Source: a virus
Length of the DNA: 39,649 nucleotides
Strand: one strand, 5' to 3'
UHGV virus genome: UHGV-0344182
The notes under the pieces were generated by a model, which searched no databases, was not told the DNA's origin, and saw nothing but the letters and a program-made list of their open reading frames with translations. Of this stretch, positions 1 to 8,570 are shown one piece after another. How positions within the stretch are numbered: position 1 is the stretch's first letter; each line of letters starts with the position of its first letter. Made by a program: the position numbers and the translations under genes.

Positions 1-113
1 CCGGATTGGCCGGAGCGGGGCGCGGTCAGCCGAAAGCCGCGTAAGGGAACGGGGGGCCGGAACCGTCACGAGACAATAGATAGCCCGGCCCCCACAAAAA
101 TAAGAAGACGAAA

Positions 114-335
114 ATGTATACTGTAAATCTATGTATAGCTCATGACGATTGGGGGCGGTCAGTAATGGGCCGCACATTCACTCGCCGCGGTCTGAAAAAA
201 TTTATTCACCGTCACGCTCACGTTATAGAATCCGTGCATAGCCGCATCTACACAAAAACGAAGCATGGTTTTTTACATTTCATCCCGGCAGAAGATGTTT
301 CCAGAAAGCCTATGAGCGGTTGGGTGAATCGCTGA
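114..335 (+). CDS. hypothetical small basic protein (73 aa)
   Basis: ORF in track; no clear RBS, no recognisable motif; weak. Confidence 0.25.
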   Translation: MYTVNLCIAHDDWGRSVMGRTFTRRGLKKFIHRHAHVIESVHSRIYTKTKHGFLHFIPAEDVSRKPMSGWVNR

Positions 336-571
336 AAAATTTCCCGGCCCCCGGGACCACGGCAGGGTCAGACGCTGCCCTTCGCCGCGAGGCGTCAGGG
401 GCGGCCATAGAGGATACAGTCTCTCTCTCAGGCCACTACCTCTCTCTACATGGCCGCCCCTTCACCACATTTCCCCAAATTCCCTGCCCGGCACAGACAG
501 GGCCATGCGGTTCCTCCCGCACACTGGGCTGAGGGGTCGGGTGTGTCAGCCCGGCCCCAAAAGGAGAAAAA

Positions 572-949
572 ATGATCGTCAATTTCACGCCACATGACGT
601 GGCCATATACAACGTCTCAGACTGTATCCTGAATTGCGGAAGGCTCTATCTCCACGAGAAGGCGGATATGGAGTACCCCGAGCCTTTGCGTGTGTACGCT
701 GCCGCCAAGGAACCGGCCCGCATGCACTTAGTGCAGAGAGACCCGGGCATGGCAGACGGGATTATGGTTTATTGCTGGGCGCCCTACGGGATCACCGGCC
801 TCCCCGAACCGAAGCCGGGCACTTACTACATAGTGTCCAAAATGCTCGCTCAGGCATACCCCAAGCGGGAAGATTTCATCTTCCCTGGAACGTTGGTATA
901 TGACGCCGAAGACAATGTCGTAGGTTGTATCGACTTCTCAAGAGTATAG
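572..949 (+). CDS. hypothetical protein (125 aa)
   Basis: ATG preceded by AAAAGGAGAAAAA RBS; first gene of + strand early operon. Confidence 0.6.
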   Translation: MIVNFTPHDVAIYNVSDCILNCGRLYLHEKADMEYPEPLRVYAAAKEPARMHLVQRDPGMADGIMVYCWAPYGITGLPEPKPGTYYIVSKMLAQAYPKREDFIFPGTLVYDAEDNVVGCIDFSRV

Positions 950-1091
950 AGGGCCGTGTATGGGGGAGACGTTTTGGGAACATGTCTTGGGAGTGCGCAC
1001 GTTTGTGGAGAGCACGGAAATCCCGGGGAGACGTGAGAAATCTTCACAATCTCGCCGATTCGTTCACAAAAGGGAAAATAAAGGAGTAAAA

Positions 1092-1505
1092 ATGTCCACC
1101 ACAATAGAAAAACTTCTCAGGAAAGGCATTACGCTGAAGTGGGAGATAGAGGCCCGGCAGAAGGAACTCCGTGAAATAAACAAACGGATTGCCGAGGAGG
1201 CCGAGTTCAAGCCCGGTTCTTCCACCGGCCACATCGCGGCCGGCGGTATCATGGCGAAGGTCACGAAGCGCCAGAATGTAAAGTGGGATCAGGACACGCT
1301 TGCCGTAGCGCATAAACAGATGGGAACCGAGCTTTTTGCAAAGGCTTTCACCTATAAGTTCGAGCCCATCAACGCACGCCAGCTCAAGAACTGGCTTGCT
1401 TCCGGTGACGTCCCCGACGAGGCGAAGCATCTTGTTCTGGAGGCGCGTACCGTGACGGAAGGCGCTCCTTCCGTTGTGTATGAGGAGGCAAACGATGCTG
1501 ACTAG
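1092..1505 (+). CDS. Gp157-like phage protein (coiled-coil N-terminus), partner of Sak4/DUF669 recombination module
   Basis: ATG 1092 with AAGGAG RBS 6 nt upstream; about 137 aa, coiled-coil N-term; position immediately upstream of Sak4-like ATPase and DUF669-like gene matches the known Gp157-Sak4-DUF669 arrangement. Confidence 0.5.
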   Translation: MSTTIEKLLRKGITLKWEIEARQKELREINKRIAEEAEFKPGSSTGHIAAGGIMAKVTKRQNVKWDQDTLAVAHKQMGTELFAKAFTYKFEPINARQLKNWLASGDVPDEAKHLVLEARTVTEGAPSVVYEEANDAD

Positions 1506-2241
1506 GATTACTCCGCAGTCCGCGGACCGGATTTGTGCCCTTATCCTTGGGGCATCCGGTATTGGCAAGACGTCCCAGCTCAGGTGCCTGCTTGGGCAGC
1601 GCTTCAACCCCGCTTCCGGGAAGTGGGAGAAAGACGCGGCAGCCACACCGGAAAAGGTTCTTGTTCTCTCCGCCGAAAGCGGCCTCCTCTGTGTGCGTGA
1701 CTTTGTGGCGTCCGGCGCCGTTGAAGGCTTCGAGATTCGCAGCTTGGAAGAGTTCAAGGAGGCCTTGTTGTATTGCCGTTCCCCTGAATTCGCAGAGGGG
1801 AAGTATAAGTGGGTGTTTATTGACAGCCTCACCGAGATTGCCGCCCGCTGCGTAGAGAGCCTTCAGCGGAAGTACCCTAAGAGGGACGACACATTTAAGT
1901 TGTGGGGTGAATACAGTCAGACAATGACAGACCTTGTGAAGGCCTTCCGTGACATGCCCATGTGCTCAGTCGTTTTTACCTGCCTGACAACTCAGGAACA
2001 GGACGAGTTCAAGCGGCGTTACTACGCCCCCGATATTGACGGCAAGGCCGTTAAGTCCCGCCTTCCCTCTTTTTTTGATGAGGTCCTCTACATGGACAGA
2101 ACTACGGGAGAGAACGGCGCCTCGTATGTCGTCTTCCAGACGACCGAGCCCGCCGGCCTTGCCAAGGACCGTTCCGGCAAACTGGCTCCCGTCGAAGAAC
2201 CCAACATCCTCAAAATCAAAAACAAAATCATCAACAAGTAA
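1495..2241 (+). CDS. Sak4-like AAA_24 family ATPase (RecA-fold single-strand annealing/recombination protein)
   Basis: Walker A ILGASGIGKTS, Walker B-like VFIDSL; about 248 aa; GAGGAGG RBS 6 nt before ATG 1495; overlaps upstream gene stop. Confidence 0.75.
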   Translation: MLTRITPQSADRICALILGASGIGKTSQLRCLLGQRFNPASGKWEKDAAATPEKVLVLSAESGLLCVRDFVASGAVEGFEIRSLEEFKEALLYCRSPEFAEGKYKWVFIDSLTEIAARCVESLQRKYPKRDDTFKLWGEYSQTMTDLVKAFRDMPMCSVVFTCLTTQEQDEFKRRYYAPDIDGKAVKSRLPSFFDEVLYMDRTTGENGASYVVFQTTEPAGLAKDRSGKLAPVEEPNILKIKNKIINK

Positions 2242-2252
2242 GGAGATTACTC

Positions 2253-2717
2253 ATGGATATGAACTTTGACCTCTCTAACGTCCGCACTGTTGGCACTGGC
2301 ACCATCCTTCCCCCCGGCGATTACGAGATTGTGATTAAGAACGCTGAACCCAAGCAGACGAAGGACGGCGAAACCTACGTCAATTTGTGGTACTCCGTTG
2401 TTGGCCCCACACATGCGGGAGCAATTGTTTTTGAGGCGCTCCACCTCTGGAGCGGCAACACTACCCGCACGGAGATTTCCCTGCAGCACCTGAAGAGTAT
2501 TCGTGAGGCGTGCGGGCTCAATCCCAATGTTGGCGGCACCACGGACGAGCTTATCAACAAGCGTCTCCGTATCAGGGTGGGCATCCGTGAGTATAACGGC
2601 GAGCAGTATCAGAGCTTCAAGCGCTATGCCCCGTGCGTTGCCGCCGCGGCTGCGGCAGCCAGTGCTGCCAGCGTTCCCCCGCAGGGCGGCGCAGCGCCGG
2701 CCGGGATGCCGTGGTAA
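2253..2717 (+). CDS. DUF669-like phage ssDNA-binding protein
   Basis: N-term MDMNFDLSNV..GDYEIVIKNAE typical of DUF669; TAAGGAG RBS; follows Sak4-like gene; Ala-rich C-terminal tail. Confidence 0.65.
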   Translation: MDMNFDLSNVRTVGTGTILPPGDYEIVIKNAEPKQTKDGETYVNLWYSVVGPTHAGAIVFEALHLWSGNTTRTEISLQHLKSIREACGLNPNVGGTTDELINKRLRIRVGIREYNGEQYQSFKRYAPCVAAAAAAASAASVPPQGGAAPAGMPW

Positions 2718-4345
2718 CGTTAAGGCCATACCAAGAAGCGGCCCTGCAGGCGGTGTTGCGCGATATGCGAACGCATAAAAACGTCCTCCTGCAGGCCGCC
2801 ACGGGCGCGGGGAAAACGATCATGTTCTCAGCCATCACCAGACTATTCGTAGAAAAATGGGGCCTGCATGTCGCTATCCTCGCGCACCGTGAACAGCTTG
2901 TCCGTCAGGCGGCAGATAAACTCCTTAAGGTATGGCCGGAAGGCGAAGACAAGGTAGGCATAGCCTGCCACTCTGTGACGTCATTTGTAGACGTCAACCG
3001 GCAGGTGGTGATTGGCTCCCCGCAGACGCTGGCCCGCCGTCTTGGTGAGTTGCCCGAACAGCAGCTTCTCATTGTTGACGAGTGCCACCGCCTGCCGCCG
3101 GCCGGCAAAAAAAGCCAGTACGCCACACTCATTAACCGCCTGCGTGAGTACTACCCCGATATGCGTATGCTGGGAGTGACGGCCACGCCCTACCGCCTGG
3201 GACACGGGTATATCTACGGAGAGGATTGCCGCGAGCCAAAAGAAAATTGGTTCGAAACGTTGTCCTATTCAATCGGTATTGACGACCTGCAGGACGAAGG
3301 CTTTCTGGCGCCGCTTAAGGGCTACGGGTGCACGGAACCCGACCTTTCAGGTGTGAAAACGTCCAAGGGTGAGTACGATTTAGGGGAACTGTCTGATGCC
3401 ATGTCTCAGGCTGTCCACGTTGGCAGCGCCGTTGAGGCGCTGAAGAAGTACGGGAAGAGGCGCCGTCATGTGGTGGTTTTTGCCGTATCCATCCAGCATG
3501 CCGAGATACTCAGGGACGCTTTTCGGGCCGCCGGGTATCGCGCTGGGGCAGTGCATTCTCAGATGCCGCACGATGAGAGGCAGAAGATTTTGGCTGCGTT
3601 CGACAACGGCGAGCTGGACGTTATCTGCAACGTGGGCGTGCTCACGGAAGGATGGGATTGTGTCTGCGTTGATTGCATGGCCATGTGCCGGCCAACGAAA
3701 AGCACGGCCCTGTACGTCCAGATGATAGGGCGGGGGCTCAGGACGGCGCCCGGGAAGACTGACTGCCTCCTGCTGGACCTTTCAGGCAACTGGAGGGAGC
3801 ACGGCAATCCTGCTCATCCGCGCATCCGCTGGACGAAGCCGGGGGGCCGTATACAGCAGGAGAAGAAGGGGCCGGCGGAACCGGGGCTCATTCAGTGCCT
3901 GGAATGCGAGGCGCTTATTCCGCAGTCGGCTATAACATGCCCGTTTTGTGGAGCGCCGCAGAAGCGTATCTGTGACCGCGTTCCGGTCATGGAGGAGCTG
4001 AAAGACGCGGAGAACAGCGTCCAGAAGGTCAGGCTGATAGCCACGCCGGCATTCAATCCGGCGTTCACGTCAAGAAGCGGCAATCACATGCTCAGAGTGG
4101 ATATGTGCGGCCAGCTGGAGGACGGGCGTCCCGTGTCCTTCTCGGAGTTCCTCGACCTTGAAGGCGAGGCGTCAGCTTACGGGCAGAGCAAAGCCCGCCA
4201 GATATGGAACGGCATCACGCAGACCGTCCCGCCCGTCACGCTGGAAGAAGCGGCTTCGCGGCTTGACGAGCTGAAAAACAGTTTTCCCGCGGAACTGTGG
4301 GTGCGGAAGAGGGACAAGTACTATCACGTAGTGAGGTGGTCATAA
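2711..4345 (+). CDS. Superfamily 2 DEAD/DEAH-box DNA helicase with C-terminal zinc ribbon
   Basis: LRPYQ (Q motif), AATGAGKT (motif I), DECH (motif II), TATP (III), QMIGRGLR (VI); CxxC...CxxC zinc ribbon; start uncertain (GTG 2711 overlapping upstream stop, or GTG 2633). Confidence 0.8.
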   Translation: MVTLRPYQEAALQAVLRDMRTHKNVLLQAATGAGKTIMFSAITRLFVEKWGLHVAILAHREQLVRQAADKLLKVWPEGEDKVGIACHSVTSFVDVNRQVVIGSPQTLARRLGELPEQQLLIVDECHRLPPAGKKSQYATLINRLREYYPDMRMLGVTATPYRLGHGYIYGEDCREPKENWFETLSYSIGIDDLQDEGFLAPLKGYGCTEPDLSGVKTSKGEYDLGELSDAMSQAVHVGSAVEALKKYGKRRRHVVVFAVSIQHAEILRDAFRAAGYRAGAVHSQMPHDERQKILAAFDNGELDVICNVGVLTEGWDCVCVDCMAMCRPTKSTALYVQMIGRGLRTAPGKTDCLLLDLSGNWREHGNPAHPRIRWTKPGGRIQQEKKGPAEPGLIQCLECEALIPQSAITCPFCGAPQKRICDRVPVMEELKDAENSVQKVRLIATPAFNPAFTSRSGNHMLRVDMCGQLEDGRPVSFSEFLDLEGEASAYGQSKARQIWNGITQTVPPVTLEEAASRLDELKNSFPAELWVRKRDKYYHVVRWS

Positions 4346-5163
4346 TGGAAATAGAAAACCCCATGGCGACAGCCATGTACGAGGCGGCTTCACGCTATCG
4401 CAAGGAACAGCCGGATCGCTCATATCTTGGCATGAGTATCGCGGGCGACCCGTGCCGGCGTAAGATATGGTATCAGTTCCGCGGGTTCACGCCGAAGGCC
4501 ATAGACGGCCGCGCGCAGATGATTTTCAGCCTCGGGAGTGCCGTTGAGCAGGAGGTTTTACGCTGGCTCAGGGGGGCGGGCTATCACCTTCGCGACGAGC
4601 AGCAGGAGTTTACACTGCTTAAGGGTTTCGTCCGTGGGCACTGTGACGGCGTGATTGATGACGTGAAAGGCACGCGCCCGCACATTCTTGAGATAAAGAG
4701 CGCGTCCGCGACAAGATTTAAGATGTTCAAAACTTCCGGCATTGCCGCCGTGTCGCCGGTGTACGCAGCTCAGCTCCAGCTCTACATGGGGTGTTCAGGC
4801 TTTGAGCGTGGCGTATGGGTCGTCATGAACAAGGACAACTGCGAGCTCTACATAGAGCGCGCCCACTTTGACAGGAAGGCATACCTTGACCTTCAGGAGC
4901 GTTGCGCGGCGATTATCAGCAGTGACGACCAGCCGGAGAAGGCGTTCCAGGAAGGGGCCCGCGAGTGCTCCATGTGCCCCTACGAAGGGCATTGCTGGCA
5001 CGCTCCTTATGTGCAGGAGACGCCCACGTGCGGGACGTGTGCGTTCTGCCGGTTCAACGGAATGACGCCCCACTGTGACCAATATGACCACGACATCACG
5101 AAGTGGGGCATGTCATGCCCGAAATGGGTATTCCGTGACGGCGTGGACCGGGTGCCATTTTGA
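4345..5163 (+). CDS. Cas4/RecB-like PD-(D/E)xK exonuclease with Cys cluster
   Basis: ATG overlaps helicase stop (TAATG); motifs GHCDGVID, ILEIKS, QLQLY; N-term Cys plus CSMCPYEGHC C-terminal cluster as in Cas4/AddB Fe-S nucleases. Confidence 0.7.
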   Translation: MEIENPMATAMYEAASRYRKEQPDRSYLGMSIAGDPCRRKIWYQFRGFTPKAIDGRAQMIFSLGSAVEQEVLRWLRGAGYHLRDEQQEFTLLKGFVRGHCDGVIDDVKGTRPHILEIKSASATRFKMFKTSGIAAVSPVYAAQLQLYMGCSGFERGVWVVMNKDNCELYIERAHFDRKAYLDLQERCAAIISSDDQPEKAFQEGARECSMCPYEGHCWHAPYVQETPTCGTCAFCRFNGMTPHCDQYDHDITKWGMSCPKWVFRDGVDRVPF

Positions 5164-5254
5164 AGGAAGATTGGTTTGCTGAAGAAGACGCTGGGAGCCA
5201 GCGTCATAAACATACACCGCGATTGGCGGCTTACGCCGCTGAAAAGGAGAAGAA

Positions 5255-5843
5255 AATGAAAGTAGACGTTCTAAAAGTTGACGGAATTGAAGAAGCGCTC
5301 TTGGGTATGGGGTTATCATATGGGCTGACTTCGAGCAAAAACATAAAATGCCTGAAAGACCCGAAGTTGGCAGCCCGCCTAACCCAAATTTGTGCAAAAT
5401 GCGCCAGCCGCGGGAACGGAGAAGACAAGTTCCTGAGAATGATCCAGATTTGGGCGGACGTTACGGCACCGCGGTTTTGGTGGGCAGAGTTCGACACGTA
5501 CAAGGTGGGGACTGTCGCCCTCTCGGAGAGCACGATGCACACGTTGGGGAAGCGGCCCCTTGCGCAGGAAGATTTTGAGGGGGGACTGCCTATTGAGTCT
5601 ATCGATTGGCTCAATACGTATGTATGCGCCGATTGTTCCGTTGAGACGAAAAAACGGTTTCTCCCGGAAGGGTTCCTCCAGCGCCGGATTGTGAATTTCA
5701 GTTATGCCGTATTCGCGAACATGATCCGCCAGCGCCGTAATCACAGGCTCCCGCAGTGGCATTACTTCCTGAACAACGTCTATTACGCCCTGCCTATGCA
5801 GGAATTTCTGCCGCCGCTCACTGTAGAGAAGGGGAAGGAGTAA
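5255..5843 (+). CDS. ThyX-fold (FAD-dependent thymidylate synthase-like) protein lacking RHR motif
   Basis: AAAAGGAG RBS before ATG 5255; N-term MKVDVLKVDG and segments FLRMIQIW..APRFWW and ANMIRQRRNHR..QWHYF align by eye with the ThyX core, but RHR-X7-S is replaced by FDTYKVGTVALSES. Confidence 0.45.
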
Positions 5844-5846
5844 GCT

Positions 5847-6140
5847 ATGACTTTTAATGAATGCCTGCTTTTTTTGAACAACTACCATAAAGAACTTCCT
5901 ACAAAGATGTCATCCCTTGACATAATCGATGTCATGATAGGTACGGCATATCGCCAGCTGCGGGGCAGGGGGATGACCCGCGAAAGAATTATGCAGCTGA
6001 TGCTTTGGGGGCTGTTTTATTTTGTCCAGAAAGAAAACATTCTCACGGATAAAGATGAACAGGTAGTTATCGAAGCCATGCAGGCCGCGGAAGCCAACGC
6101 GTATTTTGCTTCAATCCATCGCGAAGAGGAAGAAGAATGA
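5847..6140 (+). CDS. small phage protein, paralog of 38894..39190
   Basis: 97 aa; shares LW.LFYFVQ.E..LTDKDE.VV.EA..AA.ANA.F with the product of 38894..39190. Confidence 0.55.
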   Translation: MTFNECLLFLNNYHKELPTKMSSLDIIDVMIGTAYRQLRGRGMTRERIMQLMLWGLFYFVQKENILTDKDEQVVIEAMQAAEANAYFASIHREEEEE

Positions 6141-6292
6141 GGACAAGAGAACAAATTAAGGCGTCGCGTATCCGATATAACGTCAAGAACAAAGAAGTCA
6201 TGAAGTATGCCCGTATATATCAGATCAGCGTGCCCGAGGCGCGAAAAAAATTAGCGGAGGAACAAAATGCAGTATCCAGAAAAACCTTTTGA
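6137..6292 (+). CDS. possible small basic protein (51 aa)
   Basis: ATG overlapping the upstream stop (ATGA); below the 60-aa track cutoff; overlaps the next gene by 26 nt; speculative. Confidence 0.25.
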   Translation: MRTREQIKASRIRYNVKNKEVMKYARIYQISVPEARKKLAEEQNAVSRKTF

Positions 6293-6773
6293 GCATAGGG
6301 ATGCCGTTTTAGGCATATCCTTCCCTTTGGTGGCTATAGACTACTATCCTGAAGCGTGCGGCGAGCCTTCAGCCGCTTTAAAAAAGCTGCGCCCCCTGCT
6401 GAAAAAACTTCACGGCACCCTGCAGGTAGATAAGCTGAGTGCCGGAGAACACCGCGCTATCAAGGACGCCTGCGACGGGGCCAGAGACACCGGTTCAGGA
6501 TACGATACAGAAGCCTGCAGGGAAGAGCAGATGCGCGGGTGGCGCGTTATGTGGTTCGTGGCTGAATACGCTTTCGGTGACGCCTACGTGCTCGCAGAGA
6601 AGTGGCGCAACAAGGCACTTCCACTCTGGAAGGAAGCCAAGGCCATTATCGACCGGGTGACACGCACCATGTATCAGTACCACCCCGCAGAAGAGGAAGA
6701 AGCTTGCAGGATATGGTGCTGTCACGCCAGCCCATACAAAAATCCCAAGCTGGAGAGCATATGGCGGAACTGA
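6267..6773 (+). CDS. hypothetical protein (168 aa)
   Basis: GCGGAGGAA RBS before ATG; last gene of + strand operon before the terminators. Confidence 0.6.
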   Translation: MQYPEKPFEHRDAVLGISFPLVAIDYYPEACGEPSAALKKLRPLLKKLHGTLQVDKLSAGEHRAIKDACDGARDTGSGYDTEACREEQMRGWRVMWFVAEYAFGDAYVLAEKWRNKALPLWKEAKAIIDRVTRTMYQYHPAEEEEACRIWCCHASPYKNPKLESIWRN

Positions 6774-6882
6774 GCGAGATTACGGACCTGCGTCAGGGAA
6801 TACGTATTTAACGTAATTTCGATAACTTATAACACACGCTGCACCAAACTTATGGTGCAGGCCGGAAAAGGCCGCCGCACAG

Positions 6883-6920
6883 CCCGGCAGAGGTCAAGCG
6901 CTTCTGCCGGGAAATTTTTA
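6883..6920 (+). terminator. candidate rho-independent terminator of + strand early operon
   Basis: 8-bp stem CCCGGCAG/CTGCCGGG with 13-nt loop followed by AAATTTTTAT. Confidence 0.4.
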
Positions 6921-6942
6921 TAAAAATTGGGTAAACGCTCCT

Positions 6943-6975
6943 AAAAACAAAAAAGGGCTGATACAATATCAGCCC
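6943..6975 (-). terminator. rho-independent terminator of the - strand low-GC cassette
   Basis: 9-bp stem GGGCTGATA/TATCAGCCC, 3-nt loop, followed on - strand by TTTTTGTTTTT; 25 nt downstream of the 7000..7191 stop. Confidence 0.65.
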
Positions 6976-6999
6976 TGACACTACTACCTAATGTGGTAA

Positions 7000-7191
7000 C
7001 TATTTGTTGTTCATTGCCATATTGGGGTGCATATGACACAGCAGACGCCAGCAGTCAAGTAAGTCGTCAAGCTCCTGACTATACAAGCGTTCGGAGGAAG
7101 CATTATTCAGAATATAATCTATAGTCTTAAGTGCCTGCTTCTCTGTTTCTTCCGAAGCGTTCATGCGCCATTCCTTGTACTCCATAATCAC
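7000..7191 (-). CDS. hypothetical protein (63 aa), low-GC cassette gene 4
   Basis: ORF; overlaps upstream gene by 4 nt; low GC relative to flanks. Confidence 0.45.
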   Translation of the reverse strand: MIMEYKEWRMNASEETEKQALKTIDYILNNASSERLYSQELDDLLDCWRLLCHMHPNMAMNNK

Positions 7192-7523
7192 TCCTGCACA
7201 AACTGCGATGCAATAGCCTGTAGTTTGTCCACATCGCTTTCATCAAAGATGATACCTAATACAGGTACAGTACCAGCCTTATGTACGGCGTCTTTAATAC
7301 GGGCGAAAATAACATCCGGTTTAACAGAACCATCAGCATTCAGACTGTCAAGAAAGCCAAGGATAGGAGTAAACTGTTCAAGCAATGCTTTAGCTTTTGT
7401 CTGTATAACCGGCATAGCCAGGTACAATCCTACTTTCTGCAAGCCGCTGCTTTGAGGTATCAGCTCTGACTCTATGTAGGTACAAACAGCCAGGCTAAGA
7501 TTTTCCGCCGTTATTCTGGACAT
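7188..7523 (-). CDS. hypothetical protein (111 aa), low-GC cassette gene 3
   Basis: ORF separated by 2 nt from upstream gene; GC roughly 45% by eye. Confidence 0.55.
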   Translation of the reverse strand: MSRITAENLSLAVCTYIESELIPQSSGLQKVGLYLAMPVIQTKAKALLEQFTPILGFLDSLNADGSVKPDVIFARIKDAVHKAGTVPVLGIIFDESDVDKLQAIASQFVQE

Positions 7524-7525
7524 GG

Positions 7526-8101
7526 CTAGCCTTCATTTGTAGCGGCTGCAGTGGGCGCCGTCCAGGAATTATACCTGCTCATAACTTCCGGACAGATGGC
7601 ACTTTTGGGAATTACTGTCTGGGTAATAGCCCCAAGAGTAGTATTGATGGCCGCAACAGCATTATTAAGCTGAGAGATGCCACAGCCGCAAGTCTGTGCC
7701 ACACCATCTATTTTGGCCCCAAGCTCAGCCCTGACAAGTTTTTCCCGCAAAGCGGCTGCCTCAGCATCACAAGCCTGCTTAGCTTCCAGGACTGCCACGC
7801 GCTCACGATTGGAAGCGGCTTCCTGCGCAATAGGAGTAACATAGGCAAAGACCTCGTCCCGCAGGTTTTTGTTCTCAGCCCTTGTGGCCTGATACAAAAC
7901 TGCATCCTGATTGTCAGAATACTTCTGCGCAGTCAGTTCCGCTATCTTTGCATCCTTTTCAGCAATGACACTGGCGCAGTTATTACCACCTAAAATGCCG
8001 CCAAGGCCCCCGCCGTTACCATTAAGAAGAGACAAAGCCGTACCAGCAATGCCAAGTCCAAGGCCTGTTCCAGCTATGCCTTTGCTTGCGAATTCAGCCA
8101 T
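7526..8101 (-). CDS. hypothetical membrane protein: N-terminal Gly-zipper TM helix, Gly/Asn-rich linker, long coiled coil (191 aa), cassette gene 2
   Basis: GIAGTGLGLGIAGTALSLL hydrophobic Gly-zipper, then NGNGGGLGGILGGNN, then heptad-like Ala/Glu/Lys/Arg-rich region; AGGAGG RBS 7 nt upstream, lying inside a hairpin. Confidence 0.55.
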   Translation of the reverse strand: MAEFASKGIAGTGLGLGIAGTALSLLNGNGGGLGGILGGNNCASVIAEKDAKIAELTAQKYSDNQDAVLYQATRAENKNLRDEVFAYVTPIAQEAASNRERVAVLEAKQACDAEAAALREKLVRAELGAKIDGVAQTCGCGISQLNNAVAAINTTLGAITQTVIPKSAICPEVMSRYNSWTAPTAAATNEG

Positions 8102-8108
8102 AAATAAT

Positions 8109-8146
8109 CCTCCTGTATAGTAGTAGTGGCCTCACTATACAGGAGG
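8109..8146 (-). promoter_or_regulatory. hairpin sequestering the RBS of gene 7526..8101 (13-bp perfect inverted repeat)
   Basis: CCTCCTGTATAGT ... ACTATACAGGAGG with 12-nt loop; the AGGAGG SD forms the 3' arm of the stem on the mRNA. Confidence 0.45.
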
Positions 8147-8182
8147 GAAGATCAGCAGGAAATATATCTGTGGACACACGTG

Positions 8183-8440
8183 CTACTTTTTGCCCAGCTT
8201 GGCCAGACGCCCCGCAGGAGTAACAAGAATAAACCGTGAACCACAGCGTTTGCAACGCCAGCTACTCTTCCTCGCATATTCCAATGGATGCTGTCCAGTG
8301 GGTTCATCAGGCATTGTACGCTGGCAATGCAGAGGCCCGTCAGAACAAACAGGGCACGTATAAGAAGGAGTCGCCGCAACAGCACTGGGCAAATGTGGGA
8401 AAGCCAAAACCATAACAAGAAGGAGAAGACTTCTCAGCAT
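8183..8440 (-). CDS. small secreted or membrane-anchored Cys-rich protein (85 aa), cassette gene 1
   Basis: AAGGAG RBS 7 nt before ATG; N-term MLRSLLLLVMVLAFPHLPSAVAA looks like a signal peptide; mature part has CPVC....HC....CKRC (zinc-ribbon-like). Confidence 0.55.
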   Translation of the reverse strand: MLRSLLLLVMVLAFPHLPSAVAATPSYTCPVCSDGPLHCQRTMPDEPTGQHPLEYARKSSWRCKRCGSRFILVTPAGRLAKLGKK

Positions 8441-8570
8441 AATATTACTCCTTTATTTAATTTCGCCGTATCCATGCGAAGTTTTATCGTGTGTGACATT
8501 ATCGGACCCCCTTCCAAGCATAAACCGACACATAAGGCGGCATGTTGTTGTGTGCGGTACCTCCGCCGGC

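Noticed and set aside
1044-1832. 262-aa - strand ORF
   Set aside because: Antisense to the Gp157-like and Sak4-like genes, which have RBSs and conserved motifs; no support.
2633-2710. Upstream extension of the helicase ORF (track start 2633)
   Set aside because: Start codon there is GTG without RBS and would overlap the DUF669-like gene by 85 nt; conserved helicase Q motif begins right after 2711, so the shorter start is preferred (still uncertain).
8152-8418. 88-aa - strand ORF overlapping the secreted-protein gene in another frame
   Set aside because: The 8183..8440 frame has a canonical AAGGAG RBS and a signal-peptide-like N-terminus; the alternative frame has neither.
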